From an uncultured delta proteobacterium (GTDB lineage: Bacteria; Myxococcota_A; Polyangia; Polyangiales; Polyangiaceae), in contig CAWJCS010000003.1 in NCBI GenBank assembly GCA_963841435.1, positions 1,248,001 through 1,312,000 of the forward strand: a stretch of DNA of 64,000 nt, given 5' to 3'. Made by a program: the position numbers and the translations under genes. The notes under the pieces are model-generated. The model did not search any database, was not told the DNA's origin, and saw only the letters and a program-made list of their open reading frames with translations. How positions within the stretch are numbered: position 1 is the first letter of the stretch; every line of letters starts with the position of its first letter. Below are positions 1 through 9,823 of this stretch, in pieces.

Positions 1-2396
1 CCCTGCTTGCGCAGGTGATCGGTCAACCGGGTCACCTCGTCCTCGCTCACGAAGGGGCACTGCGCGCGCCGAGTGTCGTTCGCGCCGTTGAGCTTCACGA
101 GCATGTCGCCGCGGCCGAGCAGGAGCTCGGCGCCCTGCTCGTCGAGGATGGTCTTGCTGTCGACGCGCTGCGCCACGCGAAACGCGATGCGCGAGGGGAA
201 GTTCGCTTTGATGGTTCCCGTGATGACGTCGACGCTCGGACGCTGCGTCGCGAGCACGACGTGCATGCCCGCCGCGCGCGCCTTCTGAGCGAGTCGCGCG
301 ACGGCGGCCTCGACGTCTTTGCCCTGTTGCATCATCAAATCGGCGAACTCGTCGACGACGATCACGATGTACGGCAGCTTGCCGGGCATCGGTCGCCCGT
401 CGGAGCCCTGCTTCGCAGCAGGCACGGTGACGAGCGCGCCGTCGGCCGAGAGCGCCTCGACCTCCGCGGGCAGGGGCGCCGGCAGCTCGCCGTCCTGCAC
501 GCGCTTCACCCACCCGTTGTACGTCGTGATGTTCTTCGTGCCGGCGTTGGCGAAGAGCTGATAGCGCCGCTCCATCTCCTCGACGGCCCAGCGCAGCGCT
601 GTCGCCGCCTGCTTCATGTCGGTGACGACCGGCAAAAGCATGTGGGGAATGCCGTCGAACGGCGCGAGCTCCACGACCTTCGGATCGATCATGAGGAGCC
701 GGAGCTCGTCGGGCGTTCGCCGGGAAAGAAGGCTCGAAAGCATGACGTTCAAGCCGACGCTCTTGCCCGCACCCGTGGCACCGGCCACGATCACGTGGGG
801 CATCGACGCGAGGTCGGCGTAGAAGGGCGCACCGACGATGTCGCGCCCGAGCACGACGGGCAAGGGCGCCCGCTCGGCGAGCTTTTCGAAGCGCTGGTCC
901 TCGAGCAGCTCGCGCAGAACCACGGGCTGGCGCTCGTCGTTCGGCAGCTCGAAGCCGATCAAGCTCTTGCCGGGAATCGGCGCGATGATGCGCACCTTGC
1001 GCGAGAGACCGAGCGCGAGATCGTCGGCCAGGCTCGCAACCTTGCTGACGCGCGTGCCGGCCTCGCAGGCGACCTCGTACATCGTCACGGTGGGACCCGG
1101 CCGAACCTCCTCCACCTTGCCCGTGACGCCGTAGTCGGCGAGGGTCTTCTCGAGCCGCCGCGCGTGCCCGAAGATCGCCTCACGATCGACCTCGACGGTG
1201 CCGCTCGGCGCCGGCTCGAACAGATCGCTCGGGGGCAGCTGGAACTGTCCGCGCTTCGGCCTCGGAAGAGGAGCCGCGGGCAGAACGCGCTCCACCTCGC
1301 GCTGCGGGAGCGTATCGATGATGCGAAGCTCGGCCCCCGTGCCATCGGTGCTTGCCTTGGCGCGCGGCGCCCGCTCCGATTCGACCGGGGGCGGAGCGCT
1401 CGACGCGCCGACCTCGGTGCCCGGTGTCGGCTCGATGTTGGGCGCCGGCTCCACGGCCGTCGCCGACTTCGCCGTCTTCTGACGAGGCTCCGGGCCCCGA
1501 GTCTTGATGCGCCCGCTCCGTGCCGCGGGGGCCGCGGGCGACCCTTCGACGCGGGGCGCCGACGGCGTCTCGCCGAGCAAGGCGAGCGCCGCGGTTGGGC
1601 GGCCGTCGCGCAGAGCTTGCGACAAGGCGAGGGGCGGCGCGCCGGTGCGGTCGATGGGGATCCAGTCGGCGTCGTCTTCGGTGAGATGAAGGAGCACGGC
1701 CTCGTCGGGCTCGCTGAGGTCGATGTGAGGCTGTTGCTGCTTTCTGGCGTGGTCCCGTTCGGAACGCCGCACCGCGAGCGCCTCGCGCCAGGCCGCAGCG
1801 ATACGCGCCGACAGCGACGCGCCCCGTGCCGACAGAGCCCGCGCAAACGCGAGGAGCCTGTGGCACGCGCTGATGAACGAGAACGAGCTTCGCCCGATGA
1901 GGATCAGCCCGACGACGGTCGGCCCAATGAGAAAGGACCCCGCCGTGGAGAAGAGCTCGCGCATGAGCTCGCCGAAAAGAAGCCCGACGTTGCCAGCGGC
2001 CGGGGCATGCCCGAAGGCCTGCGCACCGGGGGCAGCGACCTGGACGAGCGCCGAGAGCACGACCAGGAGCACGAGATCGGTGGCGAGCCGAAGCCCCAGG
2101 TCGCCGGGGGACCGGCGCTGGAACAGGGGCACGGCGAGCAGGCAGAACTCGACGGGGACCAGCCAGGCGACCACGCCGAAGGCCTGCGCGAGCACGCGGC
2201 CGAGCAATGCGCCCGACGGGCCGACCCAGCTCGTCTGCCCGAAGAACGGGTCGAGCGGGTCGAAACGACAACTAGCAAGCGCGAGTACGAGGAAAGCCGC
2301 CCCGGCAGCGAGCAAGAGCGCAGCAGCTTCTCCGAGGCGGCTCGGGGGCCGATGCGTCTGGCCGGCTGGGGGGGCGGTGGCCGCACCGCGGGGCAT
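1..2396 (-). CDS. ftsK: FtsK/SpoIIIE DNA translocase (runs off the window start; alternative in-frame ATG at 2414)
   Basis: Not in the ORF track because it has no stop in the window. Manual minus-strand translation gives N-terminal TM segments, MPHVIVAGATGAGKSVGLNVML (Walker A), LLMIDPKVVELAPFDGIPHMLLPVVTDMKQAATALRWAVEEMERRY and IVIVVDEFADLM. Confidence 0.93.
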   Translation of the reverse strand, partial: MPRGAATAPPAGQTHRPPSRLGEAAALLLAAGAAFLVLALASCRFDPLDPFFGQTSWVGPSGALLGRVLAQAFGVVAWLVPVEFCLLAVPLFQRRSPGDLGLRLATDLVLLVVLSALVQVAAPGAQAFGHAPAAGNVGLLFGELMRELFSTAGSFLIGPTVVGLILIGRSSFSFISACHRLLAFARALSARGASLSARIAAAWREALAVRRSERDHARKQQQPHIDLSEPDEAVLLHLTEDDADWIPIDRTGAPPLALSQALRDGRPTAALALLGETPSAPRVEGSPAAPAARSGRIKTRGPEPRQKTAKSATAVEPAPNIEPTPGTEVGASSAPPPVESERAPRAKASTDGTGAELRIIDTLPQREVERVLPAAPLPRPKRGQFQLPPSDLFEPAPSGTVEVDREAIFGHARRLEKTLADYGVTGKVEEVRPGPTVTMYEVACEAGTRVSKVASLADDLALGLSRKVRIIAPIPGKSLIGFELPNDERQPVVLRELLEDQRFEKLAERAPLPVVLGRDIVGAPFYADLASMPHVIVAGATGAGKSVGLNVMLSSLLSRRTPDELRLLMIDPKVVELAPFDGIPHMLLPVVTDMKQAATALRWAVEEMERRYQLFANAGTKNITTYNGWVKRVQDGELPAPLPAEVEALSADGALVTVPAAKQGSDGRPMPGKLPYIVIVVDEFADLMMQQGKDVEAAVARLAQKARAAGMHVVLATQRPSVDVITGTIKANFPSRIAFRVAQRVDSKTILDEQGAELLLGRGDMLVKLNGANDTRRAQCPFVSEDEVTRLTDHLRKQ

Positions 2397-2488
2397 GAAC
2401 AGCCGTGCACCCATTTGACTACCTATAACTACATTTACCTACCCAGTGGGCCAAGTTCGCGGACCCTGCATTCGCGCTTGGGCAAAGC

Positions 2489-2518
2489 TTGAGTCGATGG
2501 CGAACGGGCATGTAGACT
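2489..2518 (+). promoter_or_regulatory. Candidate sigma70-type promoter for the 2559 operon
   Basis: TTGAGT-N18-TAGACT about 40 nt upstream of the start. Confidence 0.4.
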
Positions 2519-2558
2519 GCTCCCTCGGCTCGGGTTCGAGGCTGAAAATGAGGGCCAA

Positions 2559-4184
2559 GTGACCGACATGACGGGGCAAACCACGAAAAATGCAAGTTGG
2601 TTGGGTGGGGTGCGCCGCGGGCCCTTCGCCCTCGCTGCTGCCGCGCTCGTGTCGCTCGCAGTCACGACGGCGGGCTGCCGCACGGATAAAGACAACGTCG
2701 AGCGCTGGGCCTCCACGGTGCAGGGCCCCAAAAAGCTCGTCGCCGTCCTAACGCACGACAAGTACCCGATCGACCTCAGGGTCGAGGCCGCACTCGCGCT
2801 CGTGCGCATGAAGCCGCGGAACGGACGCCGCGTCGGCATCGACGGCTCCGACGACGTCCCGGGGTTGATTGCCTCCCTCGCGCAGCTGCCGCCCGCGTCG
2901 AGAAACGCGATCGTTGCTCGGCTCGTGCCAGCGCTCGAAGCCGAAACGCTCCGCAAGCCGCCCGTCGTGCAGGGCGGCCAGGCGCCCCCCGATCCTTCGG
3001 TCCCGTACAAGGACGCGGCCTTTGCGCTGCTCACCAACGAGCGCGGGCGGCTCGTGAGCGATCCGGCGCTGCGTCAGCGGCTGCGGGCGGCACTCTCGCA
3101 ATGGATTTCCAACGGTTTCGCCCAACGATACGACGATTCTTCGCAGACCTACTCGATCAAGCAGATGGTGGCCGAGCTCCGCTCGGAAGCGGTCAAGTCC
3201 CTGCCCGCGCTGATCGTGCCGGGCGCCGGGAAGATCGACGCGCTGGCCGAGCTCATCGCCGACTTCGGCGATGCGTCCACCAAGCTCGCTGCGAGCGAGC
3301 GCCTCGTGACGGTGGCCAGCGAGGTCGCGTCGGAGAACTGGATCAAGCAGAAGAGCCCGGGCGTGGAGGCGGCCAACAAGGCGTCGAAGCTCAATCCGAC
3401 GCCCGAGCAGTTCCGCGCCCAGATGGAACAGTACCAGGAGGAGGAGCTGCTCCGCGTGTTCGCTTCGATGAAGCGCATCGGCGGACCGCCCGCGATCGAC
3501 TTCCTGCTCAAGTTCTCGCAAGACGCCAACCAGAGCGCGAAGCGGCGTTCCGGAGCGCTGGCAGCGCTCCAGGGCAACCTCGATCGCAGCAGCGTCGCAC
3601 ACGCCGAGGCTGTGCTCTCGGTCGCGGCTGCCGCAGAGACCCCCGATCAGGTGCGTGACGTGGCGCTGCAGCGCGTCGGTGAATTCCCGCGCCAAGTCGT
3701 GATTGAGCGGCTCTACACGCTATTTGCGAACCCGAACTGGAAGGTTCGCTGGGTGGCGGCGGAGCTCGTGCTGAAGATGAGCGACACGAGTCAGCTCGGA
3801 GAATTCTTCGATCGCATCGGGCGTATCGAGGGCATGGCCATCACCGAGCCGCTCCGCTACGGTGCGTTGGTCGCCGAGATGAAAGGGCCGAAGAAGCCGG
3901 AAGAGGTCGCGTCGAGCTACCTCACGCCGAGCCACCCCGCTCCGGCACGCCTGACGGCGCTCGGCTACTACTACAACCGAGGCACGAAAGCGGACCTCGA
4001 GCGCCTTTCGAACCTCGCTCAAGATCGCCAGCGGACGCCGACGTGCGCCAAGGACGCCAAGGACTGCGAGTGGAAGTGCGAGGTCGCCGCGGACGGGAAG
4101 CGCGAGACCAAAGACATCGACACCGTGGGGGATTTTTTCGAGTTCTGCGTGAAGCCGGCGGTGGAGAAGCGCGGCACCCCATGA
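2559..4184 (+). CDS. Putative lipoprotein with helical HEAT/ARM-like repeats and a Cys-containing C-terminus
   Basis: Lipobox-like LAVTTAG-C after a hydrophobic stretch; HEAT-like motifs (VRDVALQRVGE, WKVRWVAAELVL); ATGA overlap with the next gene. Confidence 0.65.
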   Translation: MTDMTGQTTKNASWLGGVRRGPFALAAAALVSLAVTTAGCRTDKDNVERWASTVQGPKKLVAVLTHDKYPIDLRVEAALALVRMKPRNGRRVGIDGSDDVPGLIASLAQLPPASRNAIVARLVPALEAETLRKPPVVQGGQAPPDPSVPYKDAAFALLTNERGRLVSDPALRQRLRAALSQWISNGFAQRYDDSSQTYSIKQMVAELRSEAVKSLPALIVPGAGKIDALAELIADFGDASTKLAASERLVTVASEVASENWIKQKSPGVEAANKASKLNPTPEQFRAQMEQYQEEELLRVFASMKRIGGPPAIDFLLKFSQDANQSAKRRSGALAALQGNLDRSSVAHAEAVLSVAAAAETPDQVRDVALQRVGEFPRQVVIERLYTLFANPNWKVRWVAAELVLKMSDTSQLGEFFDRIGRIEGMAITEPLRYGALVAEMKGPKKPEEVASSYLTPSHPAPARLTALGYYYNRGTKADLERLSNLAQDRQRTPTCAKDAKDCEWKCEVAADGKRETKDIDTVGDFFEFCVKPAVEKRGTP

Positions 4185-4864
4185 GCCAGGATCAGAACAA
4201 GAAGGTCACCAAGAGCTTCCAGGTACGCGACGCTCTCTGGTCGAAGTTCGAGCAGATGTCCAAGGAGCTCGAGTGCTCGGTGGACTACCTGATCAACGAC
4301 GCCATGAAGCAGTACGCGCGCCAGCGTGGCTACGGCGCGGCGCCGGTCGGGGCCAATCCCTCGCTGCCCCCGGCGCCAGCAGCGCCGCAGCCCCTCCCAC
4401 CGCCACCGCCCGTGGCCTCGGCTGGACGGATGCCGGGCGTTGCCCCGCCGCCGCCTATCCCGCCGCCCAAGCGCGGCGGTGCACCGCCGCCCCCACCGCC
4501 CACGGGCTCACGCAAGGCTCCGCCGCCGCTCGCGCCCTCGCGCAGCATGCCGCCGGCCCGAGGCGGGAGCGTTCATCCCGCGGGGATGAACCTCACTATC
4601 CACTATCAGGGCGAAACGTTCCCCGTCACGAAGGATCGCTTCATCATCGGCCGCGGCAAACAGACGAGTGATCTTACGATCAAGGATCCGAACGTTTCGC
4701 GCCAGCACGCGATGATCGAGTTCTCCGGCGGCCAGTACTACATCGTCAACATGGGCTCGACGAACGGCGTCGAGTACAATGGCCAACGCGTGCAGCGCAA
4801 AGTGATCAACGAGGGTGACACCTTCCGAGTCTGCGATCACGAGCTCAACTTCACGTACGACTGA
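4181..4864 (+). CDS. Ribbon-helix-helix + Pro-rich linker + FHA domain protein
   Basis: ATG at 4181 overlaps the upstream stop; N-terminal KSFQVRDALWSKFEQMSKELECSVDYLINDAMKQY (RHH-like); FHA motifs IGRG, VSRQHA, GSTNG. Confidence 0.82.
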   Translation: MSQDQNKKVTKSFQVRDALWSKFEQMSKELECSVDYLINDAMKQYARQRGYGAAPVGANPSLPPAPAAPQPLPPPPPVASAGRMPGVAPPPPIPPPKRGGAPPPPPPTGSRKAPPPLAPSRSMPPARGGSVHPAGMNLTIHYQGETFPVTKDRFIIGRGKQTSDLTIKDPNVSRQHAMIEFSGGQYYIVNMGSTNGVEYNGQRVQRKVINEGDTFRVCDHELNFTYD

Positions 4865-4886
4865 GCTCCCGTGCGCCCCCCCCGGC

Positions 4887-6137
4887 GTGGTCGTCTCGTC
4901 CGCGCGGTCGCCCGGCGCGAAAGCGCGCCGTCTCGCCGGCGCGGCGTGCTTTCTCACGGCGGCGGCGCTCGTGCTCACGCCAGCGACGGCTCACGCAACG
5001 CCGTCGCCGCACAGCCTGGAGGTCGTGCGCCCCGATGAGCCCATCCGCATGCGACCGGACGCCTCCGCGCCGCGCCGCGGCGCGGCCCTGCGCGGCGCCC
5101 GGTTGCCGGAGCTCGGCAGGGCGTCGGGGCCGGGATGTGCGGGCGACTGGTACGCCGTCGGGCCCATCGCGTGGATCTGCGCCGAGGGCGTCGAGCCCTC
5201 CCGCCTGCCGCCAGGGACCGAGCTTCGGCCCACGCCGGGACCCGGCCTCCCGTTTGCCTACTATTTCGTAAAGAAGGACGGCTCGTTCGGCTACCGCAAC
5301 CTCGCGACGGCCGAGGACGGCGTCCCCGACGCTCAGTTCCTTCCGGGCTTCGGCGTCGCGCTCCGACGGATCGAGAACAAGCCGGGCGGCGATCCGTTCG
5401 GTCTCACCACTCACTCTCTTTGGGTTCCGCTGCGCGATCTCGGAGGCCCCGTGCGCGCGCCGGAACCGCTCGCCGTCGAGCTCGGCGGCGAGCCCGTCGC
5501 ATGGGTGAACGTCACGCGCGCCGCCGTCCGGCGCAAGCCCGGCGGCCAGCGGGTAGCGTGGCTCGACGCCATGACGCGCGTCGTCCCGCTCGAGACGCGC
5601 GAGATCGGCGAAAGCACGTGGCTACGCGTGGGAAACGACGCGTGGGTCGCCGCGCGCGACACCACGAGCCCGCGACCCGCCGCGCCGCCCGCGGAAACGC
5701 TGCCCGGTGAGCGCTGGATCGACGTCAACCTCGAGCGCCAGGTGCTAACGGCTTACGCTGGAGAGCTAGGCCTGTTCGCCATGCCGGTCTCCACGGGGCG
5801 CGGCCCGGCCGGCAGCGAGCTCGCAACACCCACCGGCGCGCACCGGCTCTGGGTCAAGCTCGCCTCGAGCGACATGGACAACCTCGAGAACCTCGAGGCC
5901 GAGGAGAACTACGCCATTCAGGCGGTGCCCTGGGTGATGTACTTCGACCGCGGCGTGGGCCTGCACGGTACGTTCTGGCACCACGCCTTCGGGCGCGTTC
6001 AGAGCCACGGCTGTGTCAACCTGACGCCCGGCGACGCGGCTCGCCTGTTCGCGTGGACCAGCCCTCGTCTGCCGAGCGGCTGGTCCGCCGTCCTGCCCAC
6101 CGACTACGAGCGCGGCACGCTCGTGCGCGTGCGTTGA
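4887..6137 (+). CDS. L,D-transpeptidase (YkuD family), secreted
   Basis: Signal-like N-terminus; catalytic motif GLHGTFWHHAFGRVQSHGCVNL; start chosen at in-frame GTG 4887 after the upstream stop. Confidence 0.85.
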   Translation: MVVSSARSPGAKARRLAGAACFLTAAALVLTPATAHATPSPHSLEVVRPDEPIRMRPDASAPRRGAALRGARLPELGRASGPGCAGDWYAVGPIAWICAEGVEPSRLPPGTELRPTPGPGLPFAYYFVKKDGSFGYRNLATAEDGVPDAQFLPGFGVALRRIENKPGGDPFGLTTHSLWVPLRDLGGPVRAPEPLAVELGGEPVAWVNVTRAAVRRKPGGQRVAWLDAMTRVVPLETREIGESTWLRVGNDAWVAARDTTSPRPAAPPAETLPGERWIDVNLERQVLTAYAGELGLFAMPVSTGRGPAGSELATPTGAHRLWVKLASSDMDNLENLEAEENYAIQAVPWVMYFDRGVGLHGTFWHHAFGRVQSHGCVNLTPGDAARLFAWTSPRLPSGWSAVLPTDYERGTLVRVR

Positions 6138-6188
6138 AGAACGAGGCGCGCTGCGGCCCGAGCGAGCCGCGGCGGCCGGCGCCGTGCG

Positions 6189-6515
6189 CTAGACCTTTTG
6201 CTGAAGCAAGTAGGCGATGAACACCGCGAACAGCACCAGCGACTCGATGAGCGCGAGACCCAGAATCATCGGCGTCTGAATGCGCGGGGCGGCGCCGGGG
6301 TTGCGGCTGATACCTTCGAGCGCTGCCGCAGCGGCACGGCCCTGACCGAGTCCACCGCCGAGCACGGCGAGGCCGACGGCGAGGCCGGCACCGAGGGCTG
6401 CCATGGCCTGTCCGCTCCCGCTCGTCGCCGCAGAATCGGCTTGCTGCGCGAAGGCGTTCGACGTCATCAGCGTCGTCAGCGCCAGGGTGGTAAGCGGCAG
6501 GTACTTCTTCGACAT
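6189..6515 (-). CDS. atpE: ATP synthase Fo subunit c
   Basis: [15 protein letters not shown] loop, LALIESL with the carboxylate Glu; N-terminal signal-like extension. Confidence 0.95.
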   Translation of the reverse strand: MSKKYLPLTTLALTTLMTSNAFAQQADSAATSGSGQAMAALGAGLAVGLAVLGGGLGQGRAAAAALEGISRNPGAAPRIQTPMILGLALIESLVLFAVFIAYLLQQKV

Positions 6516-6631
6516 CGTCAGGATCTCCTTGTCTCTGCTTTTCCGAAGGGAAGGCTCGAGGCCAGCGCGGCCGGCGACGGCTTTAGTGTGGTTTTGACGA
6601 GATCGCCAGTCTTTCCGTCATCCGCCGAGGA

Positions 6632-7408
6632 TCAGTGGGCGCCTTCTGTTTCGTGCTCGGTCGCGAGCGCGATGTAGACGCAGGCCAGCAAGGTGAAAAC
6701 CAGGGTCTGAACGAGGACCACCAGGATCCCGAGCAGCATCAGTGGAATCGGCACCAGAATCGCAACCAGCCCCGTGAACAGCCCGAGGATCAGGTGATCC
6801 ACGGCCATGTTGATCATGAGCCTCACCCCCAGGGTGACGGGGCGGACGCAGAGCGAGATCACCTCGATGGGAAATACGAGGGGCGCGAGCCACCACTTGG
6901 GGCCCGCGAGATGATGGATGTACGACTTCCCGTTCGTCAGCAGGCCATAGGCGTTGAAGAGCAGAAACACGATGATGCCGCTGCCGAACGTGATGTTCAG
7001 ATTGCTCGTCGCGATCGGCATGCCGGGAACGAGCGCCATCACGTTCGCGCAGAATACGAACACGGCCGAGGTGCCGATCAGCGGAAAGTAGCGCTTGGCC
7101 CGTTCCGCATCCATGACGCTCTTCGCGAGATCGTAGAAGTAGCCGAGAAAAACCTCGGCAAAGGTGCGCAGGGTCAGCCGATCCTCGGGAATGACGGCGC
7201 GTTCGCTGTCGCCGAGTCGCGAACGGACGAGCAGCGACACGACGATCACGATGACGAACACCAAAAGCGACGCCGCAAGAGGCTCGAACCGATCCCAGGT
7301 CGGGGGCACTTTGCCGAGCAGGCTCTCGCCGACGACGTTCGCGTTGTGCTCGAGGGTATCCTTGAAGTGGGCGAGGATGAGCGTGAGAAAGCTGGCGTGC
7401 TCGGGCAT
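6632..7408 (-). CDS. atpB: ATP synthase Fo subunit a
   Basis: IEVISLCVRPVTLGVRLMINM (essential Arg) and VQTLVFTLLACVY. Confidence 0.95.
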   Translation of the reverse strand: MPEHASFLTLILAHFKDTLEHNANVVGESLLGKVPPTWDRFEPLAASLLVFVIVIVVSLLVRSRLGDSERAVIPEDRLTLRTFAEVFLGYFYDLAKSVMDAERAKRYFPLIGTSAVFVFCANVMALVPGMPIATSNLNITFGSGIIVFLLFNAYGLLTNGKSYIHHLAGPKWWLAPLVFPIEVISLCVRPVTLGVRLMINMAVDHLILGLFTGLVAILVPIPLMLLGILVVLVQTLVFTLLACVYIALATEHETEGAH

Positions 7409-7411
7409 CGT

Positions 7412-7789
7412 TCAGCCCTCCCGCCCGGCAGGTGCGCCCTTCGTCACCTGACCGAACACGATGCCGAGCGGCAGCGCTGCGTAGCCGAGCGCCAGCGGCA
7501 GAGCGTCCGCCCAGTGGTTCTTCAGGACGACGGCGACGACGCCGATCAGCACGGCGAATTTCGCGGCGGCGAGCGCGCCCCAGGAAAGCCCCTGGCCGCG
7601 CAAGAATCCACGAATGACGACGGCGATCGCCCACAGATTACCGACCCCCATCGCGGCCCCGATGGCGACGCCAATCGCGCCACGCGGCGCGCCGACCACG
7701 AAGGGCGACAGCGCGGTGAGAAGCACACCTGCGATGGCGACGGGCCCGAGCAGACCCCCGATGCCTTGCTCCCTAGTCGTGCCGTTCAT
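7412..7789 (-). CDS. ATP synthase protein I-like membrane protein
   Basis: Four hydrophobic segments, directly upstream of atpB; start placed at ATG 7789. Confidence 0.7.
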   Translation of the reverse strand: MNGTTREQGIGGLLGPVAIAGVLLTALSPFVVGAPRGAIGVAIGAAMGVGNLWAIAVVIRGFLRGQGLSWGALAAAKFAVLIGVVAVVLKNHWADALPLALGYAALPLGIVFGQVTKGAPAGREG

Positions 7790-8042
7790 CTCGATATTTC
7801 TTTCGCTCCTCGCGCTCGCGCCGGTCGAGCTCTTCGGCCTCACGTGTGGCCTCTTGCGCCGCTCTGTAGAGCGCTCGCACGCCGGCCGCAACGCCATATG
7901 CCAGACCGAGCAGGGTGAGCCACCCGCCGGTGCCCAGGCGCTGGTCCAAGTAATGGCCAGCCACGAGCCCGAGCACGATGCTGAGCGCGAGCTCGAGCCC
8001 GACCGTGCCGTACCGCCCGACGCCTTTCCAGTCTTGCTTCAC
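7773..8042 (-). CDS. AtpZ/AtpI family protein
   Basis: GLELALSIVLGLVAGHYLDQRLGT motif, first gene of the atp Fo cluster. Confidence 0.82.
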   Translation of the reverse strand: MKQDWKGVGRYGTVGLELALSIVLGLVAGHYLDQRLGTGGWLTLLGLAYGVAAGVRALYRAAQEATREAEELDRREREERKKYRDERHD

Positions 8043-8102
8043 AGCGTCCCAAACTAGGGCGGCGACCTAGCACGACTCCGGCACCAGCACTAATGTTGCT
8101 GG

Positions 8103-9104
8103 ATGAACGGCGCCCTGACGCCTGCGGCGCTCGCCGTGTGTTTCCTCACGATTCCGGCCCGGGCCCAGGCCGCACCACCAGCCGCTTCCGCAGCGCCGAC
8201 GCCACCACCCTCACCGCCCGCCGCGACCGCGCCCTCCCCGGCCCCGGCGGCACCGCCTTCGGCGCGGCCCACGGAGTTACCACCGGGCTACTACGTCGAG
8301 GGACAAGAGGCGGCCGGCGGCCAGCCTCCCGCGGTGGACGCCCCTGCTCCCCTCGAGCCACCTGCTCCGGCCGAGTCGCCCGAAGCGGCTCCGCCGCGGA
8401 ACGTGATCATCGAGCCGCCGCCGCCGGGGCTCGGGCCTATCGTCGAGCCGCCGCCACCGCCAATCGCGCGTCACGTCGCGCCTCGCACAGCGATCTGGGC
8501 GGGCCTGCGCGCGGGCTGGTTCGTGCCGTTCGGCAACCTCTACGCTCGTGCGAGCCCGCCGGATCGCTACGGCGTCGTCGTCCTCGATCCGGTCCGCTGG
8601 AGCTCCTACGCAAGCACGGGGCTCGCGCTGGAACTCGACGTCGGGGCGCGAGTGGCCAGAAACTACAACGTTTTCGCGTTGTGGGAGCGTGCGCAGCTCG
8701 GCGGGGGTGACGCCGAATCCGACGTCCATCGCCAGACCAGCGCCGACAGCGACTTCTGGGCCATCGCCGTGCGCGCGAGCTCGAGCCCCGACGATCTCGG
8801 GCTCATCACCGAGATCGCTCTCGGCTACCGGCAGGCGCGCACCCACTTCGACGACGGGGGGGCGCTCGAGCTCACCGATGGCTTGTTCGAAGGGCGGCTC
8901 GGCGTCGGCGCGGACATCCGCGTCAACCCCTGGCTGTCGGTGTCACCCATGGCGACGCTCGGTGTCGGCTCCTTCGGTAGTGTCCACCGCGTGCTCGGAA
9001 CCGGCGTCGGGTACGACGACACCGGGCAGTACGACAGCGCCGACAGCCACGCCTGGTTCACCCTGACCGTCGGCGGGCACGTCGATCTCTTCCCCTCCGA
9101 CTGA
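8103..9104 (+). CDS. Putative outer-membrane beta-barrel protein with Pro-rich N-terminal region
   Basis: Signal peptide, Pro/Ala-rich linker, alternating beta-strands, C-terminal strand WFTLTVGGHVDLF. Confidence 0.6.
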   Translation: MNGALTPAALAVCFLTIPARAQAAPPAASAAPTPPPSPPAATAPSPAPAAPPSARPTELPPGYYVEGQEAAGGQPPAVDAPAPLEPPAPAESPEAAPPRNVIIEPPPPGLGPIVEPPPPPIARHVAPRTAIWAGLRAGWFVPFGNLYARASPPDRYGVVVLDPVRWSSYASTGLALELDVGARVARNYNVFALWERAQLGGGDAESDVHRQTSADSDFWAIAVRASSSPDDLGLITEIALGYRQARTHFDDGGALELTDGLFEGRLGVGADIRVNPWLSVSPMATLGVGSFGSVHRVLGTGVGYDDTGQYDSADSHAWFTLTVGGHVDLFPSD

Positions 9105-9168
9105 GCCCGCAAGCTAGGGGTATCCCGCCCAGGGGTCGGCGCGCGCACGCGTGGCGCGCACCCGCCGC

Positions 9169-9810
9169 TCAGGGCTCGCACTCGCGGAGACGCTTCGCGA
9201 GCGCACGCACGAGCAAATCGCGCATCGCACGGGCGGCGCGAGCGCGGTGGCTCACCCGATTCTTCTCGGTCTCGTCGAGCTCGGCCATCGCGCGCCCGCC
9301 GAGCTCCGGCAAAATAAAGAGCGGATCATAGCCGAACCCACCACTGCCGCGTGGCGCCCGCGCGATGTACCCCTCGACGGTTCCCTCGACGGTCTCCACG
9401 CGCTCGGGCTCCCAGGGGCTCGCGAGCGCGAGCACGCAACGGAAGCGCGCCGCGCGGTCCGCGTCCGCCACCTCGTCGAGCTCGCGCAAGAGGGCGGCGT
9501 TGTTTTCGGCATCGGTGGCGCGCTCGTGGGCGAAGCGCGCAGAGCGCACGCCCGGGCGCCCGTCGAGCGCCTTCACCTCGAGCCCGCTGTCGTCGGCGAG
9601 CGCGTAGAGGCCCGTCGCTTCGCACGCAGCGCGCGCCTTGGTCACGGCGTTGGCCTCGAATGTGACACCATCCTCGGAGGGCGGCGCCCGATCCGGCAGC
9701 ACGCTCGCTACTGGCAGGAGCTGCACGGGCAGGTCGGCGAACAGCGCGCGGAGCTCGCCGAGCTTTCCCTCGTTGGAGGTAGCGAAAAGGAGCGTCAGGA
9801 CGTTGGCCAT
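9169..9810 (-). CDS. rdgB: Non-canonical purine NTP pyrophosphatase (RdgB/HAM1)
   Basis: ATSNEGKL, ADDSGLEV, PGVRSARF, GFGYDPLF, KNRVSHR motifs. Confidence 0.95.
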   Translation of the reverse strand: MANVLTLLFATSNEGKLGELRALFADLPVQLLPVASVLPDRAPPSEDGVTFEANAVTKARAACEATGLYALADDSGLEVKALDGRPGVRSARFAHERATDAENNAALLRELDEVADADRAARFRCVLALASPWEPERVETVEGTVEGYIARAPRGSGGFGYDPLFILPELGGRAMAELDETEKNRVSHRARAARAMRDLLVRALAKRLRECEP

Positions 9811-9823
9811 CGTGATCCCAACA

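Noticed and set aside
15-2492. 825-aa plus-strand ORF
   Set aside because: Antisense shadow of ftsK; long shadow ORFs are expected at this GC content and it has no recognisable motifs.
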